Positions 37,173 to 49,122 of a DNA stretch of 64,000 bases are shown here, piece by piece. This DNA comes from Neodothiora populina (Eukaryota), in NCBI RefSeq assembly GCF_041146345.1, contig NW_027191411.1, forward strand, positions 434,001 through 498,000, written 5' to 3'. The notes below the pieces were generated by a model that was given only the letters and a program-made list of their open reading frames with translations, searched no databases and was not told the origin of the DNA. Every line of letters begins with the position of its first letter. Within the stretch, counting starts at the first letter, position 1. The position numbers were made by a program, and so were the translations under genes.

Positions 37173-39060
37173 ATGCAGTCTCTCTCTTCGACGAGTATTT
37201 TTGCATTGTCCGCGTTTCTTCGAATATGTTCCGCATCCCAACTACCTTACCTTGCAGTCGCTTGGAGTGGAACTACCTATGGACCTGATGGACCTTGGAA
37301 TGCTGTCACTGTCCAGGTCGGCAGCGGCCTATCAACTGATGGACTACAAGGATCTGGTTCTACCGTTGATCTCCTCCCTGGTAGTACGTGGGCAACATAC
37401 ATTCCGACAAGGGAGTCGTGCTCGACACTCCCTTTTGACGAGCGCATACGGATGCGGAGTAGGCAGCACTTGGTCCCGGTTGGTGGTACGCCAATCACTT
37501 GGAAGGGACCTGAGAATGTAGACGCGGCTGGGATCCAAGCTGGGCTTACTCATTGGCTGGCGACAACGTCCATCAAATCTGGCGACACGGAGTATACCAT
37601 CGCCAACAACAGTATTGGTGCTCTCAACCCAGCAAACATTACCTACCCCAATGGTGTAGTGACTGGACTTGAGCTAGGGTACTTTGCTCTGAACACAGGA
37701 TCTCAAATAGCACAGGCACAATTATTCTCTGGAGTCGCTACATACCCAAATTACACGGCATGGATGCCAGCAGGGTATTTGTTCAATACAAGCGTTATAC
37801 CATCGTATTCATACGGGATGCAAATTGGCTCAGCAGCTCTCCAATATCCCGGCTCATTGTATCTTGGCGGCTACGACAAAGGCAGACTGATCGGGCCTTA
37901 CACAACTTTCGCATTCGACGGACCAAGTCTTCAAGACATTACGATAGGTGTTGAGACTGGTGGAAACCCTTTCTCATTTCAGACGCCTGAAAATGGCTTC
38001 CTAATCACAAACACAAGCCAGAAGACTGCTATCAAAGTCTCGATTGATCCAATGGCACCCTATCTACGCCTTCCAAATAAGACCTGTGCAGCTATAGCCG
38101 CTAAGCTCCCTGTGTTTTTCGATGTGAAAACTCAGTATTACATCTGGAACACTTCTGACCCTGACTACAAAGGTGTCGTTTCCTCCCCTGCATACTTGGG
38201 TTTCTCGTTTCCTGGCTCAATTGGTGCTACTGAAGATGTTCTCATCAAAGTCCCATTCATGCTTCTTAACCTCACACTGGTGCCACCAATCGTTTCAGCA
38301 CCTCTTCAGTACTTCCCCTGTCAGCCATTCACACCACAGGCCGGGGACAACTATGTCCTAGGCCGCGCGTTCCTACAGGCTGCCTTCATCGGTCGAAATT
38401 CGCGCCAGCAGATTACTTGGCTTGCACAAGCTCCTGGTCCCGGAGCATCGAATAACGGTCTAGGGGTGACGGGCGTGAGCATCCAGGACTCTCAGACCGA
38501 GCTCGATGATATCGAGAACGATTCATCGCTGTTCGCACAGAGCTGGGCCCATCACTGGACTCCAATGGTTGCGAACAATGATATCAAAAACCACACGACC
38601 GTACCTACAGACTCGCCTGACCCGACACCTAGCCCAATACAGACTGCGATCTCAAGTGCAATACCGGGTCTTGCGTCAACAAATGTGGCTAAAGATGGGA
38701 TTTTCCAAAGGAGCCATTGCTGGTGTTGTATTAGGTACAGCGACAGGTACCGCCATCATCGCTGTGGGATTCTGCTTCTGCTTGCGAAGACGCGCTTCGA
38801 AGCCTAATGCCGCAGCGAAGATCTCGACTCATCGACTCTCGAGCGAAAAATCATTGACAGGCATGTCCGAGGAGTCGTCGGCTGTTGCATTGGGTCCGAT
38901 CAAGAAGTCAGCCTCCCAGACGAGCCGGCATAGCTCTGGACAAGCTTCACCGCCTCGGTATCGCAACGAGCAAGATTGGTACGTCGAGATGCCTAGTCAG
39001 ATTGACCCACAGGAGCTTCCGCCTACGCATCCTCAAGAACTTCCTGCCCGGAGTCATTGA
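37173..39060 (+). CDS. Pepsin-like (peptidase A1 fold) secreted/membrane protein with degenerate catalytic motifs; frameshifted in this sequence
   Basis: Signal peptide, YGPDGPW, SYSYGMQIGS, GSLYLGGYD..R and YVLGRAFLQAAF. The TM segment GAIAGVVLG...CLRRR lies in a different frame after a T-run at 38701. Confidence 0.75.
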
Positions 39061-39431
39061 GTTCTTTCTCGCTTTGCCAATTTCTCCTATGTATTCTTTA
39101 CCCTTCTTTGCGTTAGTGGTTCACTTCGCATGGACCTATACTTGGGCGAACGTGTGGACGACCTTTGTACAAAGAGGGAAAGTCACACCTTTTATGTAAT
39201 CACGAAGAATAGCAAAATACCCTGTCAGTTTGATTTTTTCCTCATTTCGTTCAATGAGATATCCAACGAGGGTTGGAAATGAGTATCATATATGCCTACA
39301 TTTTCGCTATGGAGATAAGCAACTACTTTTGATGACCAACGAGCTCTCCTGCAAATGCTCGGCTGTGATGTTCTACAAATTAGAGAATAGAGGGAAATTT
39401 CACCTAGGCCAAGACTCCTGATCCCCATCTT

Positions 39432-41414
39432 CTATACATCGTACCTGATCCACTCTCTCATCGGCGGTATCTCAGGCATAACTCCATCCTTGAACGTCCC
39501 TGTCTCCCTTACAAATGCGTAAGCCGCCTCCAATATAGCGTCATACACTTCAGGTCGGGGGTCTTGAAGGTCAGGATTTGGCGGCGGTGGACCGTCGGGA
39601 AGCCATATCCGTTCCCACGAGCCGTCGGCCTTCCTATAATATGGGGCTGAAGGCTGCCCAGCGTCACCCATATATTGTACTGGTGCGTTCTTCCAGTTAG
39701 TGAGCTTGTTATTGCCATCCCGGCGTGTGTAAGTCGATGGGTCCGGGGAATTCAATGGACCTGTCGGCTGCAGAGGGTGGGCTGATCCATTACTCTGCGT
39801 CGATTGGGCCTGACCAAAAGGTGATGGGCTCGCAGCTTGCGGCGCTGCGCCGAATGGTGATTGCGATGGTTTCGACGGTTGGCCGAACGGTGATGGAGCT
39901 GATGGTTGTCCGAAAGCTGGAGCCGCAGCTTGGCCAAATGCAGACTGCTGCTGTGAGATCGGATTCTGCTGTGGTTGTGACGGGGCGCCGAAGGGGCTGG
40001 GATTGGCTGGCTGACTGGCACCCAAGGACAATGGTTGACCGAAAGCACTTGGTTGGCCATCAGGATTTGATGCCTGACCGAATGGGCTACTCGATTGATT
40101 GTTTACGGGTTGGCTGGGCTGACCAAATGCGGAAGCTTGACCGAATCCTCCAGATGTATTTGACGCGGGCGCTGCTGAAGCGAACGGGGAAGCCTGATTC
40201 GAAGGCTGACTTGCTTGACCGAATGCACCACTTCCCTGTGAGGCCTGACCGAATGGACTTGGCCGTTGGCCAGGATCTGATGCCTGGCCGAAAGCTGATT
40301 GACGGAACGCTGGCTTTCCGAGCGCGTTCATCTGGCCGGGTGCGGAAGGCTGTCCAAATGCACCACCTTGGCTCGTGGCGGCAGGCTGTCCCCAGGGCGA
40401 CTTAGCACCAAGTGCGGCCACTTGACCGAATCCGCCGGATTGCCCAGGGGCTGAGGGTTGACCAAAGGCACTACCTTGGGCTGGAGCTGATGGTTGCCCG
40501 AATGCGCTACCTTGTGTCGAGGTCGAAGCCTGGCCAAAAGCACTACCGTGACCCGGCATAGACGGTTGGCCAAACCCACTACTTTGCCCAGGGGCCGAGG
40601 GCTGACCGAAGGCACTTCCTTGAGCAAGAGATGATGGCTGGCCGAATGCTGTGTTCTGCCCGAGAGCTGAGGGCTGCCCAAAACCACCTGGCTGACTTGG
40701 AGCACCAAAGGCCGGTGCACCGAAGGCTGGTTTCGGTGCTGCAGCACCAAAAGCCGAGGGCTGTCCAAAGGCTGGCCCCGAAGGTGTGATGCTGCTGACT
40801 GGAGGTTGCGGATGCATCGGCTGAGTTCCGGCACCAGGCTTCAAGCACATGTCAAGACGATTAGGATGCTCGTCTTTCCCAGCTAGAACGTATTGAATTG
40901 CACCGTCTAGATTGCTCAAGACTTGCTGTACTTGTTGGTTAGATCGAGCCAGCAGTTCTTCTTCTTTTTGAATATATGCTTGGACACTGCCTTGAGCTTG
41001 AGCGAGATAGAACATCAGTCGCATCTCCTCGAAACTTTGCTCAAGCGGAAGACCACCAAAAAGCTGTCTCGGGGCATCTCGGCCAGGACCATAAGCAGAC
41101 AGTGGCCATTCCGGCCGGTCGTTTCTCAAATCAGTCTCGATGCCTTCCTTAGTCATGAGATAGGGGAGAGGCTGTTGGCCTTGTTGATTTGATCCTGGTC
41201 GATAATGGTCGCCACGTGCCAAGCCAGACGGACGATTGTTGTTGTTGTTGTTATTATTGCGAGCATTATTATTGCTCAATGCAGCGAACGAGTTCTGGTC
41301 TCCTTGAGGTTGATTGGCACCTGGATGTTCATATTTGCAGGCATTCCCGAACTTGCAACGACCTTGCTGGTAGAATCTGCAGACATTGCTATTTTGCTGG
41401 CCTCGACCAAACAT
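39432..41414 (-). CDS. NUP42: CCCH zinc-finger FG nucleoporin (Nup42/Amo1/hCG1 family)
   Basis: CRFYQQGRCKFGNACKYEH CCCH finger, RPEWPLSAYGP..EQSFEEMR, many SAFGQP/SPFG repeats, and a C-terminal F..G.MPEIPP motif. Confidence 0.88.
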   Translation of the reverse strand: MFGRGQQNSNVCRFYQQGRCKFGNACKYEHPGANQPQGDQNSFAALSNNNARNNNNNNNNRPSGLARGDHYRPGSNQQGQQPLPYLMTKEGIETDLRNDRPEWPLSAYGPGRDAPRQLFGGLPLEQSFEEMRLMFYLAQAQGSVQAYIQKEEELLARSNQQVQQVLSNLDGAIQYVLAGKDEHPNRLDMCLKPGAGTQPMHPQPPVSSITPSGPAFGQPSAFGAAAPKPAFGAPAFGAPSQPGGFGQPSALGQNTAFGQPSSLAQGSAFGQPSAPGQSSGFGQPSMPGHGSAFGQASTSTQGSAFGQPSAPAQGSAFGQPSAPGQSGGFGQVAALGAKSPWGQPAATSQGGAFGQPSAPGQMNALGKPAFRQSAFGQASDPGQRPSPFGQASQGSGAFGQASQPSNQASPFASAAPASNTSGGFGQASAFGQPSQPVNNQSSSPFGQASNPDGQPSAFGQPLSLGASQPANPSPFGAPSQPQQNPISQQQSAFGQAAAPAFGQPSAPSPFGQPSKPSQSPFGAAPQAASPSPFGQAQSTQSNGSAHPLQPTGPLNSPDPSTYTRRDGNNKLTNWKNAPVQYMGDAGQPSAPYYRKADGSWERIWLPDGPPPPNPDLQDPRPEVYDAILEAAYAFVRETGTFKDGVMPEIPPMREWIRYDV

Positions 41415-42258
41415 GATGAGCGCAGCAGCTATAGACTTATCTGGAACATATGCGGCATTGGTGAGCACGAATCACCATGTACCAGGCAGTAGACCTTGTG
41501 TAGCGATGGAAACCACAGAGCAGTAGCTGTATATCAGATCTGTAAGGCAGCTAGCTGTATGTGAGATGCTTCACTCATAAAAGCATACACCAGGCGGGCA
41601 AGCAAGACCGCGGACGCGATACGTCCGTGCTCAGAAATCGCAGACTGCAAACGGCGCATACAAAACACAAAGAGTCCGTCTCCGTCTGACTTGTTAATTA
41701 GCCCTTATTGGCGCAGAGAACGAAATTATATTACGGCTGGCTGACGAAGGAGACCAGTCGCGCACTTCTCGTGAACTTTGTGTACGAGTCCTTTGTATGT
41801 TGTCGTCACCATAACATGCCGCATGGTGCATGCGCCCGCACTTTTCTCCGTCAAATCTGGCGCAAACATAGCATTCAAGGGGTCCTTTTCTTTGGCGTCG
41901 AGATCTTCCACTTTTTCTGTGTAGATTAAAGCATCTATTGACCAATTGATAACTGGCTGCCCATTGCACATTGCTTCGCGGCTTCGATCACCCAGTAATC
42001 GTCCACGTGCTGTATACTTTGGTCATACCGCGTCCCACGCTTTCGCTGTCTTGCTAGCTGTCGCATATCCTCAAGACACGGCCAAACCTCTAAGCCCCGT
42101 TCCTCTTTCTGATTAATCATTGCCTCTTCTCCACGTTTCAAATCTCCATCTCTTCCCCTCCAACTGCCAAGAGGAGAGAGAGAGAGAGAGACAACGCGCC
42201 AGAGACCCACGTCGACGACAGCACATGGTCGCCCTCAGGTCATGAAGCGTGCCATCCT

Positions 42259-42743
42259 ATGCACCCATTCTCTGTCCTTACCCTTGGCATATTTGTAGCC
42301 GGCTATATCACCGCCCGCTGGGATCTCGTCACCAGACTCTATGAGCTTGCCATTTTCGCTTGGGATCACGGTGTCATTGTAAGTCGCATTCGAGCTCGTT
42401 GTTACTACCCTTGAGCAGTGTTGTTTCATACATGTTCATGCCCTTTGCAAACACGCCGCAACATAAAAACCAGCGATGATTGACGGACGCATGTACGCGC
42501 ATATACATTTCTGACGGCTTCCCCCAGACACGCTGTATCAAAGGCTTCATAGTGCTCTCTATCTTCTTCCTCGTCGTCATAATCCCCATTGGGCGCATTG
42601 CCGCAATAGAGGCCGACACAGTCAGTTCACACTGCGATCCCGATATACATCCAGGACGTCATCCTGACACCAGCAAGCATCCTCGGTCAAGAGCTCTAGG
42701 TCTATCCGCGCGCGAACAGTTGAAGCGAAGAGGGTCTTTCTAG
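42259..42743 (+). CDS. Spliced ~92-aa two-TM microprotein immediately upstream of GPI1
   Basis: Exon 1 42259-42378 (MHPFSVLTLGIFVAGYITARWDLVTRLYELAIFAWDHGVI); intron GTAAGT..CTGAC..CAG 42379-42527; exon 2 TRCIKGFIVLSIFFLVVIIPIGRIAAIEADT; probable in-frame intron 42621-42677; last exon HPRSRALGLSAREQLKRRGSF*. Confidence 0.75.
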
Positions 42744-42762
42744 CTGCTATCGACATGGTAGC

Positions 42763-45113
42763 ATGGTTACGCACAATGGGTTGATGCGCATTTTCTGGCC
42801 GACAGATATCGCAAATACCACCAAGTCGGGCGTCATCGTAGGATGGCGTAATTCGGAACTCGACGTTGTCGTCGTTGCTATCCTCTTCGACGTGGAGGTC
42901 AGTGGCATCGAATGCGACATGGAAGCTGGACCATTTCTGATTCTTTCTGTTAGGCACGCAATGTTGACACTGCTCTGAAAATGGGACTCTTGTATCGAGG
43001 CAGCCCACACCCAATCCATCAATTGACCGACAGATGTGGTGAAAAGTCTTTGGAGGTCCTAGGAGCACTCAACCCCCGCACCACTCCCCTTGTCTTCAAC
43101 GCTGCCTCGTTCGCAGCCTACACGACTCCTGGCAATCGCATGCCTCAGGTGTATTGTTGCGAAGATGGCAAATACACATTACAGATCATCACTTTTGATC
43201 GTCCAGATCCCCATCGGATGCAGTATCTGTCTTTGTCGCCCATATCGCTTACCCTAGGAGACAGATCCAGCAATTCTGAGCTGGCAGATGAGATTACTGG
43301 TGAAGAAGAGGCTGCTGAGAAGAAGCGCAAGCAGAAGCTCGTGGAGAAGCTTCGATTGCATACCGTGATACGCCAGCCGCGAACGCTCAAGGAGATGGCG
43401 CTTCCGGTGATAATCAATCAGATCAACTGCTCGTACGAGATGAATCAACTCCTGCAAAAAAACGTTGGCCTCGTAGGCCTCCGTTCCAAACGAGCCTTGA
43501 GCGTGAGTGAGAAATTCGTCGAGTCTGCCACAGATCTTTGGGACTATGCTCAGTTCGGTTTACGTCACACTTTTGACGCATATGTGTACCCAGTCCTCGC
43601 TCAACTACTCATCCTTGCTTTGGTACTGCACCGAATGGCAGGCGAAGTCTTGCTGCGCATCCTGGAATGGCGATTATTGCCCGATTATGCGGCGCTCAAG
43701 GACATTTCCGCAACCGCTCAGCAGGTAGATATGCGCCTCCAGCAATTCTGTTATTGGCCCATCCAGTACATTACCTTGCGCAAACGACGTACGAACTGGG
43801 GCAGTATCACCAATAGCCACCCGGAGTACATTCGCTTCTACAACAGTCTTTGGCTGGTAGCAAACGACATCATTATCGGCATAGCACTGGGCTCATATAT
43901 CATTGAAAACTCACATCTTGTCGCTGGTCAAGTAGATAATATTGTCAGCTCCTGGTTTGTCGAGGGTCTTCAGCGTATGATTTCCTGGTTGACTGACTAT
44001 CCTGCGGGACTGAAACTGAACACTGAGCTCGCTCACTTCCTGGGTGATTTGTTCCTGTGGGTAATTGAGTACTGGGCTGGTAAGACGATGCAAACCCCTG
44101 ATACCTGTCGCTTGTCTAATGTTCTCCTAGGTTGCATGCAAAGCCTTCGACCAGCCCTTCCAGGCATCATTCGTTTCATAGGCTTCTCCAGTTTCGCAGG
44201 TGCCAGCATGCCTGTCTCGCTTTTCTCGGATCTGACGTCTATACTCACATTGCACATATATGCCTTCTATATTGCATCCGCGCGCATCTATAGCTGGCAA
44301 TTGACCATTATCGTGTCACTCTTCCATCTCTTTCGAGGCAAGAAACGCAATATCCTGCGCAATCGAATCGACTCCTGCGATTATGATCTTGATCAATTGC
44401 TATTGGGAACCATACTGTTCACGTTGCTGGCTTTCCTTCTTCCCACAGTCGGCGTCTTCTACGCAACCTTCGCCAGCGCTAGAATGGGTATCATCGTGCT
44501 CAAAGCAGCATTAGATACGTGGCTGGCTTGCTTGAACCATTTCCCGCTCTTCGCGCTGATGTTACGGTTGAAGGATTCGCGTCGCTTACCAGGTAAGTTC
44601 TGTCACGTAAGGTTATTCCGAAAGGTCGCTAATCAATATTTAGGTGGCATCCAATTTGATTTGTTGAATTGCCCTACTACAAACCGTCCTACCGAGCAGT
44701 ATCAGCCGACTGGCCGACCAACCGCGCCGACTTCGCATATCAAGCTCAATGTAAGATGTATGCAGCCAAGCTTCCTTTGACCGCTCTCTGACTCCGCATA
44801 GTCCGTCCCGCTGCCCTTTTCGCAGACATTCTCACAGTATGCACAACTCGAGCACCGCATTCGTAAGCATTACTTATCACCACGCGTGTTCTTCCGGCTT
44901 TTCACGGGTCGCTTCGTCCCGCCCATTCATCGAAAAAGTCTGTACAGCTTGCAGTATAGCATGCTCCCGGCAAGACGCATACCTGTTATGGAGTTGTGGA
45001 ATCTGCTGATGGATCGGAAATTTGCGAAGGACAAGGCAAATGGTGCGCCGAGCACATCTCTACCGCGTCGCGGTCACAGGCAGAAGACCAGGGCGCACTG
45101 GTGGAGCCAATAG
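42763..45113 (+). CDS. GPI1: GPI-N-acetylglucosaminyltransferase subunit Gpi1 / PIG-Q
   Basis: MRIFWP..GVIVGWRNS start, YIRFYNSLWLVANDII.G, PAGLKLN.EL, LFRGKKRN.LRNRIDS..YDLDQLLLGT and LNHFPLF; several introns. Confidence 0.95.
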
Positions 45114-45220
45114 TATAAAGGAATGCTTGTAGGCCTATATCGAACTGCCGAACCATTCTAACCGCCTTTCTACCGTTGATCGACATTCATCCGTTGCCTG
45201 TATGTTTGTTCCAGGGAAGT

Positions 45221-45294
45221 CTCCAGATGTAAAGTATGGAGAACCCCCGCACATCTCCACATATCTTGGCATCGAATGATGATCACATCTCCAC
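45221..45294 (-). promoter_or_regulatory. Cluster of four CreA/Mig1-type SYGGRG sites upstream of the GH51 gene
   Basis: CTCCAG at 45221, CCCCGC at 45245, CTCCAC at 45255 and 45289; TATA-like element at ~45490. Confidence 0.4.
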
Positions 45295-45566
45295 ACGTTT
45301 GCTGGAATTGTGCTATTGGTGGATTGACTACCTCAGATGCAGAAACAGCATCTGCATACCGCAGATGTCGGGTGAAGTACCTGGATTTTGGCTTCATCGG
45401 ACAACAATGATGTCGTCGGGGCTCTGTATTGAACATGGGTTCTGCGAAACCACAGCCGGAGTGGCTGGCCGAACCGACGAGGATATGACTTTATATAGCT
45501 CTGGCCACTCAGAGCACCAAGTAGATTTCTAATGTCTTCACTTGTGGACAGCAAGATCTCAATACA

Positions 45567-47970
45567 ATGTTGACCATTTCTGCTCTGGCACTCGCTTGCG
45601 CGGGTGTGGCTGGAGCCAGACGACTCCCACCTCGACAAGCTGTGAATGCCTCCCTCGATGGCTCGTTGCCCTCGTACATGTCATATATCAATGCGACAAA
45701 AAATGACAATTCACCTGTGACATTAAAGATCGATACGAGCGATAAATCTGCGCGGAACGCTACTTCTCCATATCTCTATGGATTGATGCATGAGGTATGA
45801 TCTGCAGCTTCTGACTGGCCTTCATTTGCTTATATAGATAATCAGGACATTAATCATTCTGGTGATGGCGGCATCTACGCAGAGATGATTGCCAATCGGG
45901 CTTTCCAAGGTGAGATGAGCTGGTAGTCTGTACGAAACATGTACTGAGACCAGTATAGGCTCTACTGCGGACTTCTCTCTAGTCAAGGGCTACGATGGTA
46001 CCTTTGTCATTCCTGAATTGTCAGAAAACCCTATTGTACCCTTCGCTCCAACGCCTGATGCTTGGGCAACGATCGGGCATGGTGTTCGGATGACTCTGGA
46101 CATTACGCACCCTCTCTCCAATGCTCTGCATGTCTCTATGCAGATTGATATCCCTCAGAACGCCACAGGGGAAGTCGGATTCAAAAACTTCGGTTTGTAT
46201 CGCCAGACCCTCTTCACTCATCGATGGACTAATCACTTCAGGCTGGTGGGGATTTGACGTTCATCCGCAGCAATACAATGTATCTTTCTGGGCATTGTCG
46301 AACTATCCTCGCAACCCCAATGGCACTGCTGTAACTTTCACTACGTCTTTCCGACGAAACGACACCGGTGCTGTGCTTGCATCGTCACAAATACCTAATG
46401 TCATCTTGCCATATCTTGACTTCGTGCAATTGAACACTACTCTTTACCCTAATGTCACTGCACCCGATCAGAACAACACGTTTGCAGTCACCATGGATGG
46501 AGCGCAGGTGGCAGGACAGACTTTCTATTTCAATCTGGTTTCCGTCTTCCCAGAGACATTCAAGGGATACAAGAATGGACTGCGTCCTGATATTGCCGGT
46601 GCTTTCAACGACATTTCGCCGCGTTTCTTGCGTTTCCCTGGTGGAAACAACCTCGAAGGATACAGCCCGCAGCAAAGATGGAAGTGGTGGGAGACAATTG
46701 GCCCCCTCAAGGACCGCCCCGGACGACCTGGTGACTGGACCTACTTCAACACAAACGGACTTGGTCTGCTTGAATATCTTGAGTGGACAGAGGCAATGAA
46801 CATTGAGCCAGTGCTCGCTGTCTATGCTGGCTTTTCTCTCGATATCTACGGTCAAAGCGGTGTATCGTACCCGGAGGACCGCATGGGTGAAATCCTCCAA
46901 GAAGCTATTGAGGAGCTAGAGTACTGTATGGGCGATGTGTCGACCACTTGGGGAGCCAGACGCGCTGCAGATGGTCATCCAGAACCATTCAAGATCAGCT
47001 TTGTTGAGATCGGAAACGAGGACTGGTTCAGTACGACTTACCCGTACCGCTGGGAGTTCATGTACAATGGTCTCAAGGCAGCACACCCCAACATCACCTA
47101 CATCAGCACCGCATTCGACGAGAACTCGCTGTACAACATCTCCATCCCCGCAGGCGGCATGTGGGATTGGCACACTTACCAGGAACCCAGCTGGTTCGTC
47201 AGTAACTTTGACCAGTGGGACAACTGGCAAAAAGAAACCAACAACACAGATGTGAGTATTCTTCTCGGAGAATACAGTGTGATCCAGATCGACACGCCTT
47301 CCGGTGTAATCAACTACAGCTACCCACTCGACTCTCACGTCTTCTATCCTCGCCTTGTTTCTGCCATTGCAGAAGGCGTCTACGCTATCGGTGCTGAGCG
47401 TAACCCCAACACCGTCAAGATGAGCAGCTATGCGCCCAGTCTGCAACACCTGAACTTCACGAACTGGACACCAGACATGATCGCCTACACCGCTCAGCAG
47501 GACGAGACAGTCAAAAGCGCGAGCTACTGGCAACAGTGGATGTTTGCACACTACCGTGGAACCGAGACGTTGCCAGTGACTGGAGAGCTCAACCCGCTCT
47601 ATTGGGTTGCTAGTATTGATGGAGAGAAGAATGCAATTTATCTCAAGGTAAGCCCAGGCTCACGTGTAATACTACCACAAAACCGTTCGTCCTAACAATA
47701 CGTGCTGCACAGGTCATCAATACCCTCAACGCTACCGTTCCCCTGACAGTTGATATCACTCAGCCCTTTACCAACGTCAACGGCACCATCTTGACCGCAG
47801 CGGACTTGAACTCGTATAACTTTGTGAATAACCAGACAGAAGTGGTACCCAAGCCTTTGTCGCTTCCATCCGGCGGTTCTTATGCCAAACACGGTAACTC
47901 GAGTGAAGGGGGCAGCTGGACTTGGGATGTACCCAAGTGGAGTATTACTGTCTTGCAATTCGATTTGTAG
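45567..47970 (+). CDS. abfA: Secreted alpha-L-arabinofuranosidase, glycoside hydrolase family 51
   Basis: Signal peptide, YGLMHE|DINHSGDGGIYAE, FLRFPGGNNLEG, EIGNED (acid/base), GEY (nucleophile) and ERN...M.SYAP; several introns. Confidence 0.92.
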
Positions 47971-48555
47971 ATGGCGTGGATCTATGATAGACGATAACGA
48001 ACCGTGTTGAGCAAAGAATAAATCTTTATTTTGCAATCATCTAGCGTGTGTGTACAGCCATGGTTGAACTCGAGAAGAACATGGCGAAGTTGCATAAGGA
48101 CCTTAGCGTTCATCCATTCACCATCGGACTTGAACAGTTACCTCACCGGACAAGCATCTAGAACCATTTACCGGATCAAACTTTGCTCAAGAACAGAAAA
48201 TTCATCCTATCAATGAGACGTTTTTCCTTCATACTCCGTAGAGACTTTTCCCTTCCTCTACACGGCGGCATCTCCTCGGCGCAAATATTATGTCTTAGGT
48301 GGATTTTTATACAAAACCAAGACCACCTCGCACAGAGATGCATGTCCCAATTACTTCTAAACACTGTACAAGTGCCCGAGCTGCATAAGAAATCCCATGG
48401 CAAGCACAATGTATTCGTGACCCATCCAGATCTTTACTTTCAAGCCCACAGCATCAACTTGCCCACCTGACGCAAAACCATGTACGATGTGGTATCGGCA
48501 TAGAACTGGATGAGCAGTTTATGGAGAGGCCAGCACGAGCCTGCCATTCATCAAA

Positions 48556-48629
48556 TCTTCCGTGGCGCAATTGGCTAGCGCGTTCGACTGTTAATCGAGA
48601 GGTTCCTAGTTCAAGCCTAGGCGGGAGAG
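48556..48629 (+). tRNA. tRNA-Asn(GTT), copy 1
   Basis: Acceptor stem TCTTCCG/CGGGAGA, D-loop TGGCGCAATTGGCTAGCGC, anticodon arm TTCGA-CTGTTAA-TCGAG, T-loop GTTCAAGC, downstream T-run. Confidence 0.96.
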
Positions 48630-49014
48630 TTGTGTTTTTTTTCTTTTGCTCTGTCTTCGCCGTGTCTTTTTTCGGCTGTGCACTTTTGCTGGTGGAGAAG
48701 TGGTGGGACAGAGGGGTGGAAGTGGGGTGGTTTACAGCATCAGGATGAGGTAGGTCGGGTTGGTTTTCTTGAGTGAGTGGGTGACACGGAGCGGGGGGCA
48801 GCGTGTGATGGTGAGTTTGCTTCGTCGAGGATTGGACTCGCTGTGCGCATTCACAATGGGCGATTGTATTGCTACTTACCTGCAGTGCAACAAGACTTTT
48901 TTATGCATGACATTGTTCGAGTTACGATGCTATGCACTATACACAAGCGAGCGAATGGTCAGAGCAATAGAAAGAGGTACATGAATGGTAAAGTCTGCGA
49001 AGTAATTTACCAAT

Positions 49015-49122
49015 GGCGCTTTGGCGGAGTGGTTAACGCGATGCCCTGCTATAGATCGCTTTCATTCGGTCTTAGTCCAGGCATTTCCTTCGGGAGCGTG
49101 TGTTCGAATCACACAGGCGTCG
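49015..49122 (+). tRNA. tRNA-Ser(GCT) with a ~27-nt intron
   Basis: Acceptor GGCGCTT/AGGCGTC; anticodon arm ATGCC-CTGCTA|intron 49052-49078|A-GGCAT; long variable arm; T-arm GTGTG-TTCGAAT-CACAC. Confidence 0.93.

Noticed and set aside
41726..41971. 81-aa minus-strand ORF between NUP42 and the microprotein/GPI1 unit
   Set aside because: No motif support; more likely bidirectional promoter or UTR sequence.
42470..42515. C/D box-like motifs (ATGATTGA...CTGA) in the microprotein intron
   Set aside because: Span of ~45 nt is too short for a snoRNA, and the CTGA doubles as the branch point.
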